Shown here piece after piece: positions 55,670 to 64,000 of a stretch of 64,000 nt of DNA. Below the pieces are notes generated by a model that had not been told where the DNA came from, did not search any database, and worked only from the letters and a program-made list of their open reading frames with translations. Made by a program: the position numbers and the translations under genes. Position 1 is the stretch's first letter, and every line of letters starts with the position of its first letter. The stretch is from the human T2T-CHM13v2.0 reference genome, Homo sapiens, in the NCBI RefSeq assembly GCF_009914755.1, contig NC_060925.1. One strand, 5' to 3'.

Positions 55670-56016
55670 GGCCGCCGGGTGTGGTGTCTCAAGCCTGTAA
55701 TATCAGCACTTTAGGCGGGCAGATCATCTGAGGTCAGGAGTTTGCGATCAGCCTGGCCAACCTGGTGAAACCCTGTCTCTGCTAAAATACAAAAAAAAAA
55801 TAGCTTGGTGTGGTGGCGGGCACCTGTAATCCCAACTACTCAGGAGGCTGAGGCAGGAGAATCGCTGGAACCCAGCAGGTGGAGGCTGCAGTCAGCCGAG
55901 ATTGCCTCATTGCACTCCAGCCTGGAGGTTGCAGTGGGCCGAGATCCCGCCACTGCACTCCAGCCTGGGTGACAGAGTGAGACTCTGTCTCAAAAAAAAA
56001 AAAAAAAAAAAAAAAA
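55670..56016 (+). mobile_element. Alu (AluS) with internal 43-bp tandem duplication
   Basis: Dimer with poly-A; aagatgat on both flanks; right-arm segment repeated at 55880-55965. Confidence 0.92.
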
Positions 56017-56239
56017 GATGATGATGGAGGGGAGGCTGAGTACAGTCTAGCCATGAAGGGCCCTATACATTAAGGAGTTTGACCTTTTCTCTTAAAGCCA
56101 TGGAAAATCTTTGAAGGATTTTGCTTGAGGGCTATGATGGGATTTGCCTTTAAGGAAGTTTGCTGGTTCAGGAGCATGAGGAAGAGTGGAGGCAGTCATG
56201 CTGGAAGTTGGGGGAGAGAGGTGGTGGAATCATACCTCC

Positions 56240-56790
56240 ATGGAATGATCTTTCTGAAATGCACATCTGACCAGTCACTTCCCTGTTTAAATTTTCCAGC
56301 AGCTCCCTGTTCTCTATAAAAGCCAGTCCAATCTGGGGCTTGACCCACAAGCCATTTCATAATCCTAGCCTCACTGACTTTTCTAGAATTTTCTACTGCT
56401 TCTTACCCATGGCCTCCTTCCCTATGCCCCCTTATCCTAAGACCCAGCTCTACTGCTATTTACTGTTCTACTAAAGTACCAAGACTTTTTAGTCTTCCAT
56501 GCCTTTGCACTTGCTCTTCCCTCTTTCTAGAATGATCACATCTGTCTTTTCTGCTGGCAGAACCTTCTTATTGCCTTCTCCAAGGCTCCATTCAAGTGTC
56601 TTCTCCCCTGAGAAGCCCCTTCTGACTGCGTTAGGAAGATTTCACCACTGTTTAGGTAATGTTCCCATTTAATCTAGTTTCTGTCTTAGTAAAAAGCATT
56701 TGCAATGCTATAGTGTAATTGTGTACATGTCAACTTATTAGATTGGAAGCTTCTTGAGGTCAAGGATATTTTCATCTCTGGAATCCCCAA
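56240..56790 (+). mobile_element. L2 LINE 3' fragment
   Basis: gatctttctgaaatgcacatctgacc...gcctttgcacttgctcttccctc...tagattggaagcttcttgagg. Confidence 0.7.
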
Positions 56791-56944
56791 GCTTCCTGGG
56801 CTTTACCCCCAGGCCAGTGAATGGGTCTCTGGGGTGCCTAGGCATCTGAATTTTTAACAAGTGCCCCTCAAATGATTGAAGGAAGGGACCAGGACCTGAT
56901 GGGTATTATAGGAGGACACCCATATAAGATCCTGACTCTCCCCG

Positions 56945-57350
56945 CCCCATCTGAATTCTGTCCCACCAAAATTCATACATTGAAGTGTCAACCTCTGAGT
57001 ACCCCAGCATTTGACTATATTTGGATAGGACCTTTCAAGAGGTGATTAAGTTGAAATGAAATCTTTAGGGTGGGCTCCAATTCAACCTGACAGGTGTTCT
57101 TATAATAAGAGAAAATGTGGACACATACAAAGAGACACCAGGGTTGCACCCATAAATGAAAGACCATATGAGGACACAGTGAGAAGGCAGCCATGTGAAG
57201 GCCGGGGAGAAAGGCCACAGAAGGAACCAACCCTGCCAACAATTTGATCTTGGATTTTCCAGCCTCCAGAACTATAGGAAAAGAAATTGCAGTTGTTTAA
57301 GGTACCCAGTCTGTGGTACTTTATCATAGCAGCCCTGGCGAACTAATACA
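56945..57350 (+). mobile_element. MLT1A/B-type MaLR LTR
   Basis: ccatatgaggacacagtgagaaggcagcc...cagcctccagaact...gaactaataca. Confidence 0.85.
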
Positions 57351-58169
57351 CCATTGCAGCTCTGTCCCACAGGCTGGAATGCTTGGGATTTGCTCTGTAT
57401 CTGCTCAAGACAGTCATTTTCTGATACACAGTGGGAGTTATTAGTTTCCTCAAGATGTGTTGCTTATAAGGGAATTCGTTTTGAGAGACATATCTAGGAC
57501 TGCTGGGCTGCAGAGAGAGTGAGGGTACTTTAGCCATTCAGTCATGCATTTTCTCCTCCTCCCCAGCTACACTCAGAGGATATAAAAAAACCATCTGGCA
57601 GATGAGGGCCCTGGCGGTTACCATGGTGAGGCAGAGCAGAGCCGGGGAGACTGGGGTATGTATCGCTGTCCCTGACACTTGAGCCCAGTGAAATGTCAGC
57701 CTGGCTTGCGTTCATTTTGGATAATATTTTTATCTGACTTTTTTTCCCCCAGCTAAGTTATTTAAAAGACTTGTGTAGGTCCAGTTCTGATCACTGGATG
57801 TTTTCACCTACAGAAAAAGCTCTTTGAGAATAAGGACTAAATGCCTTCCTATTTTATTCCCTCTTTCTGGCGTCTTGTCTACCCCTCCCGCTATCCCCCA
57901 CATTCCCTGCAGAATTAAACCAGTGTCTATTACTGAGTTGATATTCAAGAAGTATTTGATAGGTTGAGTTGAATTAATTAACCTTTGGAGAAACTCTTGT
58001 TTTCATGTTTGCTTCTGATTTTTAAAGCCACTGACAATTACCTTCACTGGGAGTGTCTAGTTAATTCAAGTGGCAAGTTCCAGTATGTGATATATAGCTG
58101 CCATCAGGGTTGAGACCTGTGAGCAAGGTGCAGGGGTGCCAGGAATTTAGTACAAGACAAAACCTGAGT

Positions 58170-58410
58170 GTCAGGGCTCTATACTCAGTTGGACTTGGGT
58201 TTGAATTCTGGGTCTGTTGTCAACTCCTTATGTGACATGGGGACAGAGACTTCATTTCCCTGGCCTCCTTCATTGTCTTCAAAATGGGGATCCTAATCAT
58301 ACCTGCTTCCTGGGGTGCCTGTGAGGCTTAATAGAGATAGTGTGACTAAAGCTTTGTATCTGGCATCAATGAGTGGTCCATAAACTATAGCCATTATTGT
58401 AATACTATTA
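58170..58410 (+). mobile_element. MIR SINE
   Basis: gacttgggtttgaattctggg...aaaatggggatcctaatcatacc...gtgaggcttaa. Confidence 0.7.
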
Positions 58411-58889
58411 AAAGTTTTTATTTCAGTTCTGCCCTTAATTCTGTGAATTTTGGTACTTGTTTCCCAATCTCTAACATTTCTGGAAATGTTCTGTCTCAGT
58501 AAGGTAATGTCTGGGGGCAGGTGTGGACAGCCACAGACCTCTACCTCCTCTCAGGCCATCCATAGGTTCTCTTCGATAATCATAGGGTGTCTGAGGCTTC
58601 TAGTGGCAGAAATGTCTGGGGAGGGCGATTGGCTGAGCATGGAGAGGTTTCCGAGGGTAGGAACCTGACAGCCAGGAGAGGACCAACTCAGACCAGCTTG
58701 GCCCAGACTCAGGAGGCTGCAGCCGCCAGCAGGGCTGTGTAGGGAGGGTGGCCTCATTGGCATGCAGTACCCAGGCTCTAGGAAGTATGAGCCCGTCAGG
58801 GGGTAGCGAACAGCAACGGGTGTTGTGGAAACAGCTGGCTTTGCCCCACTGTGATTCTAGTCCACTTTTTCTTTCCTTCCTTTTATTCT

Positions 58890-59050
58890 AAATCTTAAAG
58901 AGAACTACCATATGATCCAACAGTTTCACTACTGGGTAAATAACCAAAGGAAATGAAACTAGCATATTGAAGAGATATCTGCCTCCTCATGTCTCTTGCA
59001 GCACTATTCACAATAGCCAAGATATGAAATCAACTGAAATGTCCATCAAC
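58890..59050 (+). mobile_element. L1MA-type ORF2 3' fragment
   Basis: agaactaccatatgatccaac...gcagcactattcacaatagccaagatatg. Confidence 0.85.
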
Positions 59051-59289
59051 AGCAATCCTTATCCTGTTTTCTCCCCTTATGTTTATTTCCAAAAGAGCAA
59101 AGGCTTGACTGCAGCTTCGTGTAATTGCTTCTAAATCATAATGGATCTATTTTCCTTTTTGCCAAGATTGAACCATGGTAAATTTGTAATGATTTACTTA
59201 CAAATAGAGCCACAGGATTGATTATAATTCAAGCTCTTTCATTCTTTAGCTATGTGGCCTTAAGCAAGTTACTAATTTTTGCATTGTCT

Positions 59290-60190
59290 GTGAGCCTTGA
59301 TTTTTTCCTGCCAAACCTCATTCCTCCAGTCTTTTGCATCTCCAAAAAAGGTGCCACCATCAATCTATTTGCTCAAGTAAGAAGCCTAGGTACCATTTTG
59401 AATTCCTTTCTTCCTTACTCCAACTACCATCCAATTCACTAGCGATTCTTACTGATTCCACCACTGAAATACAGGATATCTCAAAACCATGTAGTTCTCC
59501 CGCCTCCACCATCACCTGGAAGAGGCCACCAGCATCTCTTGCCTTAACTTTAACACCCTCCTCACCAGTTGCTTGCTACTGTCTTTGTCCTTCCTCCACT
59601 TATAATATGTCTATCTCAATGCCAGCCAGAGTGATCTTGTTAGAATGTAAATTAGACTATGGACTGCCTCTGCTTACAATCCTTCAACCTTTCCACTGCA
59701 TTCAGAAAAAAATCCAAACTCCTTGTCACGGTCTATGTATCTCTGCTGACCTTTGCAGCTTCTTTCTTGTCCATTCCCTTCTTTGCTTTCTACATTCCTG
59801 GCATGTGAGTTGTCTCACATTTTCCCAGATGTTTCTAGTTTCTATTGCCTCAGAGTCCTTACACACTCCAATTCCTCTGCCTGCATCAGTGGACCATCCA
59901 CTTTTCACATTCAAGGGTCTTTCTTATACTTCAGGGCTCTGCTTAAAATTTACCTCCCAGAAAGACCTTTCTCCATTTCCCCCATGCAATCCAGAGTAGG
60001 GCCCCTTCTCCTCCCCCGGCTTTTCTCTATATTTGTGACCAGTTAGTTTCCCTTAGAGCACCTATCCCCATTTGTCATCGTTCTCTGTTGTTTTTTTGTT
60101 TGTGCTTTCCAGTGGAATATGACCCTAATGAACTACAGACCCTGCTGAGTGCCTACTGGAATGACTGCAAATACATAGGAGGTGTCCAGT
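59290..60190 (+). mobile_element. L2 LINE 3' region
   Basis: gctcaagtaagaagcctagg...gccagagtgatcttgttagaatgtaaattagac...aaaatccaaactccttg. Confidence 0.75.
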
Positions 60191-60698
60191 AAAAGAAAAG
60201 AAAAGGAAAGGAAAGAAAAGAAAAGCCTCTTAGCTTCCTTTCCTTAACCTAACAGATTTAAACCTTCCCTGCCTTCCTTTGGTTGAGCTTCACCACATAC
60301 CTTTAGACTTGCTTTAAGGAATACATTCCTGCTAAAGAGATTCATTGAATTTCTACCATGTGTCAAGCATGGTGCTAATAAATGTGATAAATCTGGAAGG
60401 AGAAGGCATTCTGGTATAGCAGAGAGAGGAGCTTGGCTTAGGAGTCTGAAAGACCCGGATACTGCCAGCTCCTCTCAACCAGCACACCACTGGTAAAATG
60501 TTACTTTTCTTGGCCTCATCCCCTCAAAAACAAAATCCAAATCTTAGATGTCCTGCTTACAGGTCCCCACAGGAACATTCCCATACCCTAACATTTATCA
60601 TAGTAAGTAATAATCTGCTTACCCTTCTTTATTTTCTACTAAACTCTCGAGGATTATTCATCTTGCTCACTATCTCCCTCACCCCCTTTTACACATGC

Positions 60699-61200
60699 TG
60701 TATTGGAAGGCTTAAAATTTCTGGAGCTGCCTTGAAATCTTTGAGCCTCACAGAGTCCTGGAGGCCTAACTTTGTGTCCCCCTCCTCTTGTCAGATGTGC
60801 CCCTTGCCCTGCACCCAGTAGGGAAGATTCTTCTATCAGCCAGCTCAGTTGCATTAACCTGGCCCTCAACCTAAAATAACAGGTTTCACCTCCCTACCAG
60901 CCCATGGAATTATTCAAACAACAAAGTACACCCTCCCACAGGAATCAGGGGCCACCTCACCCCCTTGTCACAACACAGCCTGCCTCCCAAAGCCCTGTTT
61001 GTTCATTCTGTTGAGTATAACCCCTGTGTGGTCCTGCAGGGTATGCAGTGCCTTCTACCCCAGGCTGTCAGTATATGTGACTAATGAACTGCTGTCAATC
61101 GCATGGGTCCAACGTCAGGTGTTGTGTGCTTGGCTATTCTCAGAGTCTTAGGGCAACACTCCCTCTTTCACCAGCGGGGCAAAGAGGAGGCAACAAAACA
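60699..61200 (+). mobile_element. ERVL-type solo LTR (family uncertain)
   Basis: About 500 bp, TG...CA termini (tgtattggaagg...caaaaca), decayed polyA-like actaatgaactgct. Confidence 0.5.
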
Positions 61201-61255
61201 CTCATATCCTCACATGCCTGCACTAACATACACACAACAAGAAGTATGATAGTGA

Positions 61256-61724
61256 TGTAGGCAAAAAATAGTAACCCCCATAGGTTTGCAGATGAAACAG
61301 ACTCCTGTTACAAAAGGCAGCTTAACAAGAGAAAAACAACTAGAAGCTTATTAACATTCATATGTCACATATATGTGAGAGATACCCAGAGAATGAGTAG
61401 TTCTTGAAGAAGTGGCTTTGAATTCCAGCTTAAGTAGCATTTTCAAAAAACAGTACATTTTTAGAGAAGTGACAAGACAAAGGAAAAGGGCTTTGAATCT
61501 CTACAGCTGGCAATGTGCGGAAAGGTAAACAAATGGCAGATAAAGGCTGGTTTGTAAAGCTTGTTAATATAAATCCCTCCGGTATCATTTCCAGGTGGTG
61601 AAGGTCTAAAGCTGTCTTCAGTGGTTAACCTGTGTTCACCCTGGTGGAGAGGGGACAAGGTATCTTTTGCCTTTGTAAATCTATGTTTTGCTTTTAAGCA
61701 AGTGGAGGGAGGGCAGAGAGCTCT
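61256..61724 (-). mobile_element. MER34A-like ERV1 LTR fragment
   Basis: acaaaaggcagcttaacaagagaaaaac...ttttagagaagtgacaagacaaaggaaaagg...ggagggcagagagct. Confidence 0.7.
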
Positions 61725-62249
61725 ATCATCCTGGAGGAAGCATCTGACAGACTCCTGCCTTGGGATGACACACTCTTAGCCACAGCTTTCAAAGCCCTCC
61801 TGAGTCCTCGACAGACACTGCAAATTGATCATGGTACTCTTTCCTGCTGCACCTGGACTTTGCCCCAGAATCATTCTCCACTTGCTGAATGTAGTCATAA
61901 GAGATAAAGCCTATTTCTCACTCGGCCCCAAACTTCCCGTGATCAGTGTCCTGTGATGAAGGAAACTCTGCGGCTTATAACTACATTTGTAGCGCTCAGC
62001 TCTGCATCCCACTCCCAGTACCGGGGCTCAGATCATCCAAGCTTCTTACTGGAGAAGAATCTCACTCTAGGAAATTTTTAATGTTTTCAATGTCATTGGT
62101 CATACATCTCAATTTTTCCGTACCTTAATGGCTTCTTTCACAGACTCTCAGCAATGCCATACCATCTTTCTGTTCCTCTGCTGGTTCTAAACTGGGTTAG
62201 ACTCACATGGAAACAAGCAAATATAATTGTAAATTCATAATTATGTGAT

Positions 62250-62520
62250 GTGGTAGAGAGAACTCAAGGTTTACAGTCAAGGTAGACTTCCCTGCCTCAT
62301 CCTTGTTGAGCTGTGTGACTGCAGGCAAATCATTTGTACATCTCTATATCTTGGTTTTCTCATTTGCCAAGTGAGGACAATAATAATATCTGTCCTCCCA
62401 ATATCATGTATCATTACATATGTAACATTAATATAACATATAATGTTACAAAGTAGCATAAATGAATAACATTTAAAAAGTTAAACCTCCAAGGTGTTTA
62501 AAAGCAGCATACGGGTATTT
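62250..62520 (+). mobile_element. MIR SINE
   Basis: gctgtgtgactgcaggcaaatcattt...ttttctcatttgcc...ataataatatctg. Confidence 0.65.
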
Positions 62521-62999
62521 CTTGCCACTGCAAGAAAAAATCTGCCACTTTTCTCCAGGGTGGCTGAATAAATAGGGCAGCTTTTCCAGAGAGGCAGCCA
62601 TAGTAGACATTCCATTATGCTACTGCATATTCAACTAGAGTATAAAATGTGAGCCCTCAGCCTGGAGGTGTTAATGAGTTGCCACTTAGAAGGACCAGGG
62701 AAGCAAATTAAGTGCATATGCATAAAGCAGTCAGAACTGCCAGCCCTCCATGCTGTCTGGAAACTGAGCTGCTCAGGCCCTCATCCTCTGTTCATCTCAT
62801 CCCCTGATTTAGCAGCTGTAGTTGGTGGACCAGGTTCATGTGAATAAGACCATTGGCTTTTCTGCCTCCACTTCCCAGAACCATCTCACTCCAGACCCTG
62901 TCTAAACTAGTGAAGTTGAACACATCCAGTACTTGGGCTCATCATCAGAGAGATGGAGGTGGGTTGGTCACCAAGAGGTAGGATGCCCACTTCATTGTT

Positions 63000-63990
63000 G
63001 CTGAAAAACATGCTTTAAAAGCTTCCTAAGATTAATGATAGTTACTTTTCTCTTTTAAGTTATTTTTTCCTATATGGTTTCTGTTTTCTACAAATTCCCT
63101 GTTTCACTGTTGATTAGTTTTGGTCTGCATCATTTAGGTAGAGTCTTTCTTCAAGTATCTGCCAATCTTGGGCTGTCAGCATGTATTTAAGAGAAGGATA
63201 TTAAAAAGCCAACCAGAGACTTGAAAGAGCATGAGTGGGGCTGGGGGCTTCATGGCAGAAGGGTCACAATCAGCAACATCAGTATCTCTGTGTCTTTTCT
63301 CTTTGACTGGTTAGGTTACTCAAAGAAGGCTGTTCTTTGAGTCTCCCATCCCCAGCTCCATATCTAGCCTGGAGACTGCCAGCCTTCTGAGGACCTGGTG
63401 GAGAAGGGAATAAGGAGTCCTTAGAATTCAATATGTAGATTTTCATCAAACCTTACTGTTTCCAGTACATTATCCCTGCCCTACACCCAGAATGGGGGCT
63501 AGATGGCCACCAATCCAGAGTCCATTTGGTTCACTGTCTCCAGAGAGTCAGTTTCTGTATTCTGTTTCAAGGAAAGGGGCACTTGTCAGCTTTGAGAAGC
63601 AATAGAGGTTATCCAGGAGTCTAAGTGCACTGTAAATAGATTTCCAACCGATCTTGTGGTTTTCAGCCCCCACTTCTGTCCCATCTCCTCACACTTTCAC
63701 AGATCCCTGATGCTGCCAATTATGGAGTCCTGGATCTCTAAGGTCCCTATCAGCTTGCTTTTGGCCTCCCTCACTGCTGGCTGAGGATTCAATGTTCTGA
63801 GGTTGCTGAGTCAGTTGCCCTTTATCCTTTTGTCTTCCAGCTTCAAAGATTTTTTTTTTTTTGCTTTTTTTTCCCTCTCATGTTCTCAAAGGTTTATACC
63901 TTTAAAAGAAAATCCCTTTCAAAATATTTTTAATGGGACTGAAGGATCAGAAGAAAGACACATGTGTTCAATCTACCATCATTAACCAAA
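63000..63990 (-). mobile_element. Ancient L1ME 5'-region fragment
   Basis: ttcttcaagtatctgccaatcttgggctgtc...ttcaatctaccatc resembles reverse-strand L1ME 5' sequence. Confidence 0.45.
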
Positions 63991-64000
63991 AGAGAGAAAA

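Noticed and set aside
59334-59999. Longest ORF in the window (221 aa)
   Set aside because: Lies wholly in a decayed L2, has a non-ATG start, no recognisable domain and no exon-like context.

Overview
Primate (human-like) genomic DNA, CpG-depleted, with no CpG island. I recognise no cellular protein-coding gene, tRNA, rRNA or CRISPR array. Well over half of the window is interspersed repeats: Alu (J and S types), a TSD-flanked full-length L1PB with a nested L1PA, other L1 fragments, L2, MIR, MaLR/ERVL solo LTRs, a decayed ERV1 (MER57/MER4-group) provirus remnant with env and integrase fossils, and hAT/Tigger DNA transposons. Most ORFs in the track are repeat-derived or chance. Subfamily names come from recalled consensus sequences, not a database search, and boundaries of old repeats are approximate. 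The most notable signals are: (i) a duplicated 59-bp module carrying a minus-strand splice donor, plus a chain of splice signals downstream of an LTR47-like solo LTR, suggesting an LTR-driven spliced transcript (7.4-10.1 kb); (ii) a full-length L1PB whose short 5'UTR looks like a spliced integrant; (iii) several template-switch scars; (iv) a motif-switched Alu-tail pentanucleotide repeat. I cannot support a claim of a new multi-gene biological system from this sequence alone.
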